Shown: piece by piece, positions 1-13,870 of the stretch | Numbering within the stretch: position 1 is the first letter of the stretch | How the letters are laid out: the number at the start of each line of letters is the position of its first letter | Origin: Carcharhinus longimanus | Taxonomy: Eukaryota | Assembly (NCBI GenBank): GCA_030264375.1 | Contig: JASCQW010000109.1 | Span: 15,133,700-15,197,699, forward strand | DNA: 64,000 bases | Direction of reading: 5' to 3' | Program-made: the position numbers and the translations under genes | Notes under the pieces: model-generated | What the model saw: only the letters and a program-made list of their open reading frames with translations | The model's database searches: none | Told to the model about the DNA's origin: nothing

Positions 1-988
1 TCTCAAGGGCAATTAGGACTGGGCAATAAAATGCTGGGCCAGCCAGCAACACACACATCCTATGACTGAATTTAAATTAAAAAAAACATGCTTTGAGGGG
101 CAAGCGTAACTTGAGGTTCTGACTTCCTGAAATTAAGGTAGGATTGACTCCCAGCCACAATCCACAGCAGATAAATTTAATAGAACATTTTACTCAGTGA
201 GAGAAATCAATTTAACTTGCGTCCTGATTGTGCGCTTTACGTGACATGTGCAGTCATTACTATTTAATTACAAACCAGTTTCAAAGTACAAGGCCACTGG
301 GAGCATAAAGTGCCCCATTAACAGGGTCTTTAAGCCTCTCTAAATAGCAGCTAGAACTTTCTGCAGTAAGTTTAATTGTTTATTTGATGTGCATATTTCC
401 CACTCTTCACTCTTGGCACTTTCTAACAAATAACACTGGCATGTAGCCAGCACTTACTCCATTAATTCATGAGCTGATCACTAGGCTGCACTTGAAATTG
501 TTCCTAGGTTGTTTGTCCTGATTGTCACTCCCATTCCTGCGAGAATGTAGAAAGTGTCAGCTTAACAGTTAATCCTTATGGGATGGCACAAACTGGAAGT
601 CAACCACAAGCAGCAAAAACAATAGGAGATGGTTTGAACCCAAATCAGCCCATTCTGTGGTCTGAATCTTTTCAATACTCTGCTGCTGCTGGATTCAATC
701 ATGTTTGAACATTGCATTCATTTGAAAACCCAGCAGGCTAGCTTTCATAGTATTTTATTCATGTCACAAAGGAAGGTTTGCATCTGGAGAATGGTCCAGA
801 CTTTGTGGTGAAAATAATCAAATAATCAAACTGATACAGTTGGCATGCACTATCACTGTTCCAGTAAAACTAACAATTTCAGGACTCTGTGTGTGCAAAA
901 TGATGTGGAAATTCAGATCTTGATGTCAGTAATTCTGCATATTCCAGAAAGTGCACTGTTGAGGTTGTGCAATCCTTAAGAAATTATG

Positions 989-1422
989 AATTGATTAAAC
1001 TTCCACTTTAGCACTGTTCGCATGTGCAATGCTTTGAAATAATCTTGGAAAAAGGTCCATCGCATNNNNNNNNNNNNNNNNNNNNNNNNNNNNNNNNNNN
1101 NNNNNNNNNNNNNNNNNNNNNNNNNNNNNNNNNNNNNNNNNNNNNNNNNNNNNNNNNNNNNNNNNNNNNNNNNNNNNNNNNNNNNNNNNNNNNNNNNNNN
1201 NNNNNNNNNNNNNNNNNNNNNNNNNNNNNNNNNNNNNNNNNNNNNNNNNNNNNNNNNNNNNNNNNNNNNNNNNNNNNNNNNNNNNNNNNNNNNNNNNNNN
1301 NNNNNNNNNNNNNNNNNNNNNNNNNNNNNNNNNNNNNNNNNNNNNNNNNNNNNNNNNNNNNNNNNNNNNNNNNNNNNNNNNNNNNNNNNTGCCTCACAGC
1401 GCCAGGAGCCCAGGTTCAATTC
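989..1422. repeat. Inverted duplicate of 14527-14959 (interior is N)
   Basis: 989-1065 is the exact reverse complement of 14883-14959 (77 bp), and 1390-1422 is the reverse complement of 14527-14559 (33 bp). The 324-N gap matches the 323-bp intervening segment. Confidence 0.85.
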
Positions 1423-1660
1423 TGGTCTTGGGTCACTGTCTGTGTAGAGTTCGCACTTTCTCCCCATGTCTGCATGGGTTCCCTCCCACAGTCCAAAGAT
1501 GTGTGGGTTAGGCTGATTGGCCATGCTGAATTGACCCCAGAATTGGGGGATGAGCAAGGTAAATATGTGGGGTTATGGGAATAGAGCCTGAGTGGGATGT
1601 GGTTGGTGCATCAAGGGCAGAATGGCTTCCTTTTGCACTGTAGGGATTCCATGATACTGT
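1390..1660 (+). mobile_element. HE1/V-SINE (5' end in gap)
   Basis: Same head, V-domain and tail as 23069-23420. Confidence 0.85.
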
Positions 1661-2449
1661 GATAAATGCTTGTAGGTCTCTTGATACTGTGCCAGATTTA
1701 AATTGTGTTGGGGGGGCGGGGGGGTGCAGAGATCATCAGATTAGTATGCCCTGCAGTGTTATACAGCCAGAAAATTACAATTTACTAAATGTTTAGTCAT
1801 TGTTATGTAAGCACATGTGATAGCCAGTTTGCAATCTGCAAAGTCCTGGAAACAGCAATAAGATCAATTAAACTTTTTTTTGGTGTTGATTAAATGATGA
1901 CCGCTAATGAGGAGATTGAGAGGAGTTACTGTTCTTTCTTGAATTTATGTCATAGAAACTTTTATATAAAAGCAAAATACTGTGGGTGCTGGAATCTGAA
2001 ACAAAAATAAAAAATGCTGAAAAATCTCAGCAAGCCTAGCAGCATCCATGGAGAGAGAACATCGAGCCAATGTTTCAAGTCTGCATGACCCTTCGTCAGA
2101 GCTAAAATATAATCTTTTACATTTACTGGAAGCAGATGATGCAGTCTCTCATTGGAAGGATGGCTGCACTCCCTCAGTACTTCACAAAAGTGTTTGAATA
2201 AATTACAGACTCAATTCTCAATATGGGTTTTGAACTAATGACCTGCTGACTCAGTAGCAAGAGATGCAAACCAATGAGCCAATCTTACATGTGGAAAGGC
2301 TGAACGGTTTTTATATTTTCATTGAGGCAAGTTTTGCTGTTTTTGTTCGAAATGAAGTAACCATTTATAAACAGTGCTGTCTAATGCATGATTACAAAAT
2401 GGATCTTTGACATGGTGCAGTTACAAGTTATTACCGTGTAACATTGCAG

Positions 2450-4700
2450 AGCTCTATCTCAGACAGGTGCCACAGGAACACCAGTAGAATTCAATCTGAT
2501 TTGATTTCCAATGTTAGCCAGCATGTGACTATGTCTTGGTGTATGTGCTTTGGCCTGGTGGAAGATCAATTCAACAGAAAGTTCCAGTGTAGGTTAGACA
2601 GTCAACAGATTGCTGCATAATCTTAAATTGACACTTGGCCTATTTGCCTCTGTTAACTGTTGTTCTGCTGAATCCAGATCTGAACCATCATTCTAAGCTA
2701 CATGTATTGATATTGTGCACATAAGGCCTAATTTGTTCCTGGAGAGGTTGACCATAGGCGTGAAACAATGGGGTTTCCTAGTAGTGATAATTTTAATGCC
2801 AAGTTAAACAATGAAGAAAAGGTTGTGTCTATTAATGAAGACTATCTTTTGCAAGTGAATGAATTATGGGATTATCAGCTGCCATATCAGGAATGGATGG
2901 TAAACCATCAGCTGTGGACCTCCAAATTCCTTACCAACCAGCAACACTCACAAAAGTAGCAGACAGAGCTGGTAATATTTGCCTGAGTCTTGCACAACTT
3001 TCACTGCGCAAGTGTTCTGCATTTGATCTTGCCACCAGCAGTTCCAGATGGACCTGATGGGTGTCCATTACTCTTGCAAAATACCCTTGTGCCAGACTTT
3101 TCTCTAATGTCCAGTGAAATATAGCTGATGATTGATTGTGACACAGCGTCAATTTGACATTGGTATATTACTGTTTAAGTTTCTGGTCTGACATTCTAAA
3201 GTATATGGGTTGAAACCCCACAAAGGCATTTTGAAATCTGAATTTAGTCTAAAAGAAATCTAGAACTGAAAATCTGTATCAACAACAGTAACAAAGAAGC
3301 TATTGGGTTGTTGTAAAAAAAAAATCTGATTCATTAATGTCCTTTTGACGAGGAAACCTGCCATTCTTACAGTCAGGACTGTACCTGACTCAGGATCCAA
3401 TCTCAATGTGGTTGACTCTTACCTATCTTCTGGCATGGTCAACAAGTCATTCAGTTTCAGTAAGCTCCAGAACACCATGGGATAGACAAAGTGCCAGCCT
3501 CGCTGGCAAAGCACATGTCCTAAGAATGAAGTAAAAAAGAGATCCTTTGCTAGCCGAATCATCTAGAGTTGATTCTGTGCCTGATTAAGCACTTGTCCTG
3601 GATACACCTATATATGGAAATTTCTAGGTCACTAAAATTGTTTCACATACACCATCAGGCATCTCGACGTTAGTGTAGTCAACCTCCTGTCTTTTGATGC
3701 ATGATACTCACTCACAGAGGTTGATGATATTCTGTTTCTGTTGTTACCTAATGCCTGTATCCACCTGCTCCTCTGTTGGCATTGCAGGCCAAGAACCTTT
3801 CTCTGGCCTCTCTCCACCATGCCTTCAAAGAACTGAAGTGCTTTGTCCTGCCTGGCAGGTGATTGCTCCTGTAGTGCAGCATCTCTACTTCTGTGAAGAA
3901 AGAAAGACCTTTCTTACTAGCTCATCACCATGGCATCAAGCCAACCACTACAGATAGGCAAGGACCATGTATTGTCAGGTATGAGATAATTGAATGCATT
4001 GTGTTGGCATTGGCGCCATTCTCCTTTTTCTATTTACAGATTCAGATAGTAAAATTGTGTGATATGTTTTAGGAAGGTACATTTATAGAGAAGATGCTTG
4101 CTGGAATCAGTGCTGCTGGCCTAAACATCTGCAGCTGTGAGTTGATCCACACTTTAGGCTAATCAGCTGAGACACTTTCTGAAAGCTGGCCTTGATTCTT
4201 GGGTGGCTGTGGTTTTCCACTGTTGGCTCTTCTTGCTCACTGACTGAGCACAACCTACTTTTTGGCAGTCTCCTTCATATCATGGAAACATTTGCTGACC
4301 TCTTGCCAGCTTTGTATCTCCTGTTGTGATGGCAACTGCAATTGTATACAGTGTCCTCCGAGGACTCATATCTGGCTTAAGGGCTGGCTGGCTCAATTTC
4401 AGGGCTCTTGGCTGTTGCCTCCTCCACAATAAGGATCATCTCCATTTCTATCGATGACCCTGCATTGACGGTGTCAGAAATTGCAGCATTCCCTGCCTTG
4501 CCAGTAAGCAAAGACATTCACAGCTGCTGAACTTACAGGCCTTAGCTTTAACTCACAACTCAGCAAGCACGACCTAGATATTGAGCTGCTTAACTCTGCT
4601 CTTCAGCTCACTTCTCCCATCACCTACTAAGCTACAACACTCAGAAGTCAGAGTTGCTAATTCACAAACCAACTGTCACTCCGCATTGAGGAGTGTGGGC
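2450..4700 (-). mobile_element. Highly decayed LTR-retrotransposon (Gypsy-like) gag/pol relic, interrupted by younger repeats
   Basis: Minus-strand SSAIFHWTLEKSL..SNAEHLRSESCARLR resembles the RT motif SAPAIFQRxM..HxxxLxxVLxRL. A Cys/His-rich segment near 3850-3950 resembles a zinc knuckle. Weak evidence. Confidence 0.4.
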
Positions 4701-5629
4701 AGGCAACGAGTTTGACATCATTAAGGAATTATAAGGTACTGGACCTTAAAGGGCAAGGTCTCCATGAAATATCTGTCAAAAATATGATACGCATTTGCAA
4801 GAAAGTGCAAAACGTTTGCCAAAATGTTTTTTTTCTTGAAGGCAGGGCCCCCTTTAACGTTAAAAAGAATTCAAACTTGTCATTGCGCAGACTTTTTTGT
4901 TCACTGTCTGTGATTGCAATTTCCTAACCATAGTTATCAGCAAGGAATTTGCTTACCACTTTTAGTAGTTCATTCTGAGGTCTGTTCTGGATAATCACTC
5001 ACTTATCTCTAAACTAGTCTGCCAAGCAGCAGAGTCGCCGCAGTGATTAAACCAGACACAGTAATGTAGGACAGTCAGCATTGGGAAGGTCTACCTACTC
5101 TCAATGCAAGTTCCTGACCTGACTTATCGACGTCAACATTCTGGCAGGACTTGACGCGATGGCAGTAAAGTGAACATTTCTTTTAGTCACAGCGGCCTTT
5201 GCTTTCTTTCTGTTTACAGTTGGCCAAAAGGCTCTGTATTTACGATGCATTCCCTCTTGATCATGTCAGCAACATGGGAATTACAATATCAATCTAGTTT
5301 TCCTTCTACCATCCTGGTCATTGCCTGATACATTAATTGAATTGTTGACAATTGGTACAAAGCAGCCAAAGAATGAGGTGAGGAAAATCCCAAATGTGCA
5401 TAATTGGAAACGGTGATTGACTTGCTTCAAGAAAGGAAAATAGAAGGGACATTAATTTCAAATGTGACATCAAGCAGTTAACTGCAAAGAATAATGCACA
5501 CTGGTGTTGTGCCTTTGCAAAAGATATCAAGTTCATTTCAGTTAAATATAGAGATCACAAATATCCATGAGAAGGGCCAACAATAGGGATATAAAGACAT
5601 AAGAAGTAGGAGCAATGGTTGGCCATAGA

Positions 5630-5952
5630 GATCATAACATCATATAATCCCTACAGTGCAGAAGGATGCCATTTGGCCCATCAAGCCTGCACTGACAATA
5701 ATCCCACCTTAGGCCCTATTTCCATAACTTCATGTATTTACCCTGCTAATCCCCCTGACACTAAGGGACAATTTTGACATGACCAATCAATCTAAGCCAC
5801 ACATCTTTGGATTGTAGGAGGAAACTGGAGCACCCAGAGGAAACCCACACAGACACAGGGAAAACATGCAAACTCCACACAGTCAGCCAAAGCAGGGCTT
5901 GAACCCAGGTCGCTGGTATTGTGTGGCAGCAGTGTTAACCTCTGTGCCGCCA
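5630..5952 (-). mobile_element. HE1/V-SINE
   Basis: Reverse complement of the 23069-23420 type. Confidence 0.85.
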
Positions 5953-5989
5953 TTCTGTAAGATTTTNNNNNNNNNNTCCATCAGTCTCA

Positions 5990-6530
5990 GTATGTATTTA
6001 CTGACTGAGCAAACACCACTCTCTGAGGTAAAAAATTCCAAAGATTCGCAACCCTCTTTGTTGTACATCTCAGTTCTGAATGACTGCTTCTTCACCTTGA
6101 GAATATGTCCCCTTATTCTACAGCCTCTCAGCAAGCTGGCCCTGGTCATCTTTCATTCTTCTAAATTCCAATAAGTAAGGGTCATTCTACTCCATCTCTA
6201 AGTTAGACAAGGTCTCCTCCCTGGAAGAAACATAGTGAAACTTTGTTAGCTCGGAGACAGTGCATCATTTCTTGGTTTAAAAAAAAAGCCAAATTGTACA
6301 CAATATTCCTGGGTGTAGCCTACCTAAAGACAACATTTGCAGAGAGACTTCCTTATTCTTATAATCAAGCCCCTACAATAAAGTCCAACATACAATTTGT
6401 CTTGCCAATTACTTGCTGTAGCTGCAAATTATGTGATATCTGTACAAGGGTATGTCCCTCTGCATATGAACATTTACTAGTTCCTCTTCTATCAAAACAT
6501 ATTCGGTTTCCACTATTCCTACCAAGTTGA
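5990..6530 (-). mobile_element. CR1 LINE fragment (decayed)
   Basis: Reverse-complement similarity to the CR1 RT 3' region seen at 9875-10735 and 54045-54480. Confidence 0.55.
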
Positions 6531-9016
6531 CTAATTATGTTTTTTATGCGCTTATGGTACGTGGGTGTCAGTAGCTACACCAGCATTTATTGTCCTAGTT
6601 GCTCTTGAGATGGTGGTGGAGAGCTACCTCCTTGAATTGCTGCAATTCCTGAGGTGTAGGTTTACACAGAATGCTGTAAGGAAGACAGTTCCAGGATTTT
6701 GACATAGCAACAGTGAAGGAACGGCGATGTATTTTCAAGTCAGGATGGTGAGCGAGGGAAACCTGTTGGTGGCGGGTTGTCCACATTGTACACCTTCTGC
6801 CAACTTTGTGCCCAGTCAATTCACAGGTTCTGTAATTCATTGCAGCCACTTTACATCCTACTCGCTGTTCACTTTCCCACCTAATACCATCAGCAAACCC
6901 ATCCCCTCATCAAATTGTGGACATAGATAGTGAGCGCGATTTTATGATGTCGCTCGGGCGAAGCTCATAAAATACCATCTGAGGCCAATGGAGAATTCCG
7001 TTCTGCAAGCCTCGCCTGCCCCAATTCCAGGGCAGGCAAAGCAGTACAATTCTGGTGCGTAAATTGCTGAGATCAAAGCAATGATCCGTCTGGCACTTCC
7101 CCACTTTCACCCTGTATCCTCAAAAGTGATCCTGCTTCATTGCTGCTCTCTGTTTTGTGTTGGTTAACTGATTTTCAACCCATGCTGATAAATTATCTAA
7201 GCCTCACAATCCTATCCCAATGCAAGTGCCAGGATACAACATCCCAGGAATTTTGCCACATGCCTTGAACAAATTTGGCAATCAGGGGAAGGTGTTAATA
7301 ATGGTGGGCGCCTGCACAACTAGGCCTTCAGCAAACCATGTTAGAGGAGTGGCAAACAGTAATGAACTTGCCTTCCTGGATGGTTTGGCAGTTAAACACA
7401 TGGTCTGGTACTGTGTTGAACCATAAGTACCAAGAGGAACCAAGATTTCTGTTCAGTGAGCCTAAATTAAGCAGGGTAGCTGGAACTGAACTAAGGGGAG
7501 CAAAATCCAAAATAGGATCGCCCAGTGTTCCCAATTCTGATTCCTACATCATGTGTCATTTCACACTCCCCCCACCGCCTCACCCCCCCGCCCCGCCTCC
7601 TCCCCCTCCTCCCCACAGGGACAGGAGGCTGGGGGACTCCACCGAGACTGGAGTTACTCCCGCTCTGTCAAACAAACAAGGCGTTAACCCCTTTCCATCC
7701 GGCACTTTCTCTCCGTCGTAGAGGCCCAGAGCCGGAGAGATGTCCATAAGAACATAAGAAATAGGAGCAAGAGTCGGCCATCTAGCCCTTCGAGCCTGCC
7801 CCGCCATTCAATAAGATCATGNNNNNNNNNNNNNNNNNNNNNNNNNNNNNNNNNNNNNNNNNNNNNNNNNNNNNNNNNNNNNNNNNNNNNNNNNNNNNNN
7901 NNNNNNNNNNNNNNNNNNNNNCCTTTGAGCATTCTGAATGTATAATGGATTAAGCTTGGCCTTGATGTCATCACTAGTTGAATAACTTGCCCAGATGTCC
8001 TGTTTGGGCTCACTAATGAAGATTGGCTTAATGGGCGAGGCTATTTATGCTCGTTCTAGGATTCTAAGACTGAGGTGCGAGGTTAGCACACAGCAGCTCA
8101 GAAGTGGAGGAAAACACTGCTACAGGAATGATGGGTCAATTGGCCCATTTCAGCTTTTTGTGTCTTTCCAAACCTTTTTGTTTCAAAATTGTTTTGGTCT
8201 TCATGTTCCAGATCATGAGGCATCCCAATTTGCCAAAGGCTGTGAAAGGGTCTGTCTTTGTCTAGACTATTAGGAACAATTTACATAATCCTGCTGAGAA
8301 TCAACAGCAAATTCAGTGTGGTAGTATGTATAAAGGAAATATTTTGTATCACAGGATTTCAATTGAGTTTTCTTGAACAAACTGGCCCTTGTTATAGGCC
8401 TTATTTAAAGCGTTAAGATGAAGTCAGCTCATTCAATAAGCAATAAACAAATGATTAATCTAAGAGTGATGCAATTGTATCAAACTTACTGTAAAACTAA
8501 TGTTGAAATACCTTGATAGAAAATAATTATATACAGATTCCTATTCTTTCACTAATTAAATCTGTTCTTCTGGGTTTAAGATCTACACAAGGTTTAAAGT
8601 AGCCTGAGTTAGTGTGCTTTTAATCTCTCAAAAATCTGACAGAATTCCATTTTCTAAAAAAAGATGCAGCCACATTTTCAAGAGAGGTCTCCACAGCTAG
8701 CTGCCAATGACCAATGGCCCCATCGAGAGAGTTTTATATACCAGGAATTGAGTAGGGTAGAGAAGTCAGATACTTCTATAATTTGTCAATTCAACAAAAA
8801 AATCTATTATTGATCTACGAAAAGAACCAACCAATAGTCTGTGTGCCTTTGTAAATTGTGACTGAGACAACTCCTCCAACATTTGTTGCTGGGGGCAATA
8901 CCATTTTCCAACTTTGTAGCAAAATAATACATATTACTGTTCCTGTAGACTTCTTTACAAGGTTGACAACTATATATGATTAGTTTAGAGGCTGTGGGAA
9001 TTGAACTTTAATTTTC

Positions 9017-9320
9017 AAGCCTTTGGTGAGACCACACTGGGCATATTGTGCGCAGTTTTGATCTCCATATTTAAGGAGGGATTTGCTTGCCTTGGAAGTG
9101 GTAGGTGATGGAGCACCGGTTCATTAAATTGGTTCCTGGGAAGAAAGGGTTGTGCTACGATGAGACAGAATAAATTGAGCCTTAAATCTCTTAGATTTTG
9201 AACCATAAGTGGTAATCTCATTGCAACACTCAAGATTTTGAAAGGCCTTGACAGGGCAGACACTGAGAGGCTACTTCCCATGACCAGGGAATCCAGAAAG
9301 TGGGGGCACAGTCTCAGGAC
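9017..9320 (+). mobile_element. CR1 LINE RT fragment
   Basis: Degenerate LVRPHLEYCxQFWSP..LEGVxxRF..YxERL sequence. Confidence 0.7.
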
Positions 9321-9874
9321 AAGCTGTTGATATAATCCCCAGTAATCCAAAAGTTCTGGATGAATAATTCCGGTAGAGTTCAAATCCCACTGTGGCAACT
9401 AAGACATTTGACTTCAGTTTTGAAAAGATGCTATCAATAAAAATGACGACCAAGCTGTCATTCTATAAAACTCCAACTGGTTTAAAGATGCTCATTAGGG
9501 AAAGAAACCAGTTAATATTACCAGGGGAATCTGTATGTGACTGCATGGTTGACTCTTAACTGTCCATTCAGTTGTATCAAGCCATTCAGGACAACAATGG
9601 ATAGGAAATAAACACCTGTACAAATACATATGCTTGTGAACCATACTAAAACCTTTGATAATAACAAGGTTGGTAGGAAAACTACCACTAGGATAGGTTG
9701 CTGTTCACAGCCAGGGGCTGAGGGACATTGATGTGACATGGAAACGACTTGAATCCATCCATTTAATTTTAGTGATCACCTTTCTCATTCACATTTGTTT
9801 CAAGCTAGTAAGATTAATCTTTCCTCACTTTCATTTTTCACAGAATGCATATTATCACACATTGATACTAAGAT

Positions 9875-10735
9875 TGCTGGAGTTGCGAATAGCGATGGAG
9901 ATTGTCAGAGAATACAGCAAGATATAGATGGAAAATTGGACGGAGAGATGTCAGATGGAATTTAATCCAGACAAATGTGAGCTGATGCATTTTGGTAGAT
10001 CCAATTCAGGTGGGAGCTATAAAACAAATGGCAGAGTCATCAGGAGCATAGACACACAGGGAGATCTGGGAGTAAAGGTCCACAGATACTTAAAAGTGGC
10101 AGCACAGGTGGAAAAGGTGGTGAGAAAAATGTATGGCATGCTTGCCTTCAATGGTGGGGCATCGGATATAAAAGTTGCCAAATTATGTTTCAATTATCTA
10201 AAATGTTGGTTAGGCCACTTTTGGAATACTGTGTCCAATTCTGGTTGCCACACTACCAGAAGGACGTGGAGGCTTTGGAGGGAGTACAGAAAAGGTTTAC
10301 CAGGATGTTGCCTAGTATGGAGTGTATTAGCTATGAGGAGAGATTGAATAAACTNNNNNNNNNNNNNNNNNNNNNNNGGGTGGGGGGGGACCTGATGTCA
10401 GTTTATAAAATTATGAGGGGCATAGATAAGGTGTAAGCTTTCTCCCAGGGCAGAAATGTCAATTACAAGGGGGCACAAGTTCAAGGTAAGGAGGAAAGGT
10501 CCAGTAGAGATGTGCAGGGGAAGTTTTTTTATACAGAGGGTGGTGGAGGTCTGGAATGCACTGTCAAGTGAGGTGGTTGAGGCAGGCACGTTACCAATAT
10601 TTAAGACTTATCTGGATAAGTAATTGGTGGGGAATTGAGGGATACAGGTGATTGATTTAGATAGGACAATGTGATCAGCATAGGCTCGATGGGCCAAAAG
10701 ACTTATTCTTGTGCAGTACTGTTCATTGTTCTTTT
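9875..10735 (+). mobile_element. CR1-clade LINE 3' end (RT C-terminus and 3'UTR)
   Basis: Reads WTERCQMEFNPDKCELMHFGRSN..DLGVKVHRYLKVAAQVEKVV..LVRPLLEYCVQFWLPHYQKDVEALEGVQKRFTRMLP..SYEERL and ends in a short TTGTTC repeat tail. Confidence 0.9.
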
Positions 10736-13209
10736 GTTCTTTAAATGACCAGTGAGTAAACTAGCTTCGATGTGCAGAATCTCATAGTACAGAATCTAAC
10801 TTAAAATACTTAGCAAGTAGAATCTTATGTCCGCTGCCTACATAAGAGCCAGTGTTTCAGCAGCCAAAGTATTTTTAACAACACTTTAGCTTTTTAAGCT
10901 AAATAAAACCTTTATCCATTTTAATCCATAACAAATATTATGAAACCAGCTGTAGTAGAATACCCATTAGGAAGACTAACATGTAAAGCATCACTAAAAT
11001 TTACTATTTAATGTTCTTTGATCACTCAAGGATGGGAACTTAACTACACATTTCTGAAAATTTAATTTTTTAATGTTTTATTTGTCCTCAACTTTCGAGT
11101 GTTGCATTTAACTGCTTAACTCCAAGATGTCATAACTAGCATCTGATTGAGTCTGAGTGCTCAACAAGTCCAACTAGTCAATCAAGCTTCACACTTGTTC
11201 TGTTGCTCCTCAGGTGCAGCATTATCATTTTGTGAGGACCCAGTATATTTAACTGGAATGGGAGTTGCACTCCCTAAATAGATTGCTCTTTTAAAATTAT
11301 TCCATAAATACTCCGCTTAATATCAAAACCAACATATTTTAAAGCCCCAAAAATATGAGTCCCAATTTTACATTCTTTTCTTAGCTTATTAGTAACACAT
11401 TTCTTAAATCTTTCAGTAACACTCATAAGCAATGCACCACTAATGTTTTCTTGATACCTTGATACCACAGTGTACCTGAACAGGCATTGGAGTGTGGTGA
11501 CAACAGGGGATTTTCACAGTAATTTCATTGCAGTGTTACTGTAGTTGTGACACCAATAAATAAATTTTAAACTGTATATCATGGTGGGGACCATGAATTG
11601 GATTCAGTTTGAATTTGAATTGATTTTTGGATCAAGCAAGGAGATGGATTCAGATCTACCCAGTCCATCTGTGCGTAACTTAAAGAATGGAGTAAAAATT
11701 AAAAAATAAAATCCAATTCACAGCACTCATGGTGAGATTCCAGGCTGCAGTAAATTCTAGCTCAAACTGATTGGCACATTGTTTTCCAGTTGAGCTGCTG
11801 CTTTCCCCCAGAAATGTTTCCCACTGCTCAGAGAGTAGAAAAAAAGAGAAAAGTCCTCAAGCCAGCTAATCCCAAATCCTCAGATTCTGGCCTGATAGAG
11901 ATAACAGCTGAGGCTAGTGGGATGAAACGGTGTTTAGAGCCTAGTTTTTGAAATATAAGCTATAAACGTTCTAGGCATATGCTACAGCGATGAAAATATG
12001 CTTCAAAAGCATGTGCAATGCTTTGAAATATCTCACAGAAAGCAAAGTTAGTGACACAGTAAATCATGAATGATGTTTGAGAATATACTGCAAACATACT
12101 TAACTGAAAAGCAGCAGTGAAATGGTTTTGAACAGCTCAGATGCTGTCCTGAGAAAAGGGCTTTGTTGTTCACTGGACACTTCAATCTATTTCAATTAAT
12201 GTAATGGGAATCTCATTGAACAAAAGAACAATGTGTAGCTTTGAGAGAGCAAAATGTATCAGGCAGAGGATTTCACTGCGGATGGAACTAAGGCAAAAAG
12301 TGGCCAGGGAGAGCCAAGAAAGAAGTGCATTTTTTCCACATGCATGGCATTCATAACCCCAGTTGAACCATCCAGAGACAAAACCCATCAGAGATATAAG
12401 GCCCAATTTACAATGTTCCATTGGTTGCACGGATCATTGGAGGAATATGAATATTGCAGTTGCAGCTCTTGCATCTGATTTTGCATTTTTGATTCCCCAC
12501 GTCAGAAGTGTCGTGGTGCAGTGGTGTTCCCTACCATTGAAACAAAAGGTCTGGGTTCGAGCTTNNNNNNNNNNNNNNNNNNNNNNNNNNNNNNNNNNNN
12601 NNNNNNNNNNNNNNNNNNNNNNNNNNNNNNNNNNNNNNNNNNNNNNNNNNNNNNNNNNNNNNNNAAGGAATTTCTCAGTATAAATCCACCTATGTGACAA
12701 AGTCAATTGCCCCTTTATCTTCCAAACTCTCTACCACTAATTCTCTTTGTTTTGACCCGCTTATGAGTTTACACTCAAGTTTATTGTCAGTGTAATGTTA
12801 TAATCATAAGGACATATGCTTCCAGTTCTTTTCTTAGATGGTTCTATGGTCTTAATTTCATTGTGCAAGCTTATGGTTTCTGTTGCATTTTTATGTCTAA
12901 TGGGACTACTGCTGCAAGATCTCCTTCTTGCAGGCTCTTTTTCCAATATGTAATGGTTTCTGACACGAGAGAAACCAGACCAACTATCCTCAATGTGTTG
13001 CCATCATTAAACTTCCCATATGAGACACTTAGAACAATCCAACAATGTGGACCCTAGTACTGATGCAGGGATCCCAAACTGAGTTTCATCAATCTTTTAT
13101 CCAATATGCTAATCCATGATATCTTCATCCATGGAACAACTACCTATTGCACAAAATCTATCAATGTTTGACCATGCTTCATAGGCATTTAACAAATCAT
13201 CCTCTTGTA

Positions 13210-13735
13210 GACTTCACTCAGAAACTCTAGTAGATGGTCCAAACACCCATCACTATCCAACTGATGGGCATCAATCTCATAACTCCTTGCGTGAATCAGT
13301 TTTTGGTTTATTGTAACCCCCAAGATGTTGATAGACATGAGAGTCACTTCAGTAATGGTAATGCCATTGAATGTCAATGGGAGATGGTTACATTCTCCCT
13401 TGTTGGAGATTATCATTTCCTGGGATTTGTATAGCATAAGTGTTACTTACCATTTATCAGCCCAAGCCTGAATTTTGTCCATGTCTTGCTGCAAATGGAT
13501 GGGAAATGCTTCAGTATCTGAGGAGTTGCAAAAATGCAATTATCAGCAAGCCCCCCACTTCCTCCCTTACGATGGAGGGTGGGTCACTGATGAAACAGTT
13601 GAAAATGGTTGGGCCTAGGACACTAACCTGACTAACTCCTGCAGTGATGTCCCAGGATTGAGATGATTGACCTTCAACAACCATAGCCATCTCTTTGTGT
13701 TAGGAATGGCTTCAACCAGCGAACAGACCACTCCG
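13210..13735 (-). mobile_element. CR1/L2-clade LINE RT fragment
   Basis: Minus strand reads MIISNKGECNHLPLTFNGITITE..INILGVTINQKL and VVVEGQSSQSWDITAGVSQVSVLGPTIFNCFISDPPS (GVPQGSVLGP motif). Confidence 0.75.
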
Positions 13736-13771
13736 NNNNNNNNNNNNNNNNNNNNNNNNNNNNNNNNNNNN

Positions 13772-13870
13772 GTATAATATGTAGGGATATGGGGGTGGGG
13801 CCTGGGTGGGATTGTGTTCGGTGCAGACTCGATGGGCCGAAGGGCCTCCTTCTGCACTGTAGGGTTCTAT
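13772..13870 (+). mobile_element. HE1 SINE 3' tail fragment
   Basis: gggcctgggtgggattgtgttcggtgcagactcgatgggccgaagggcctccttctgcactgtagggttctat. Confidence 0.8.
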
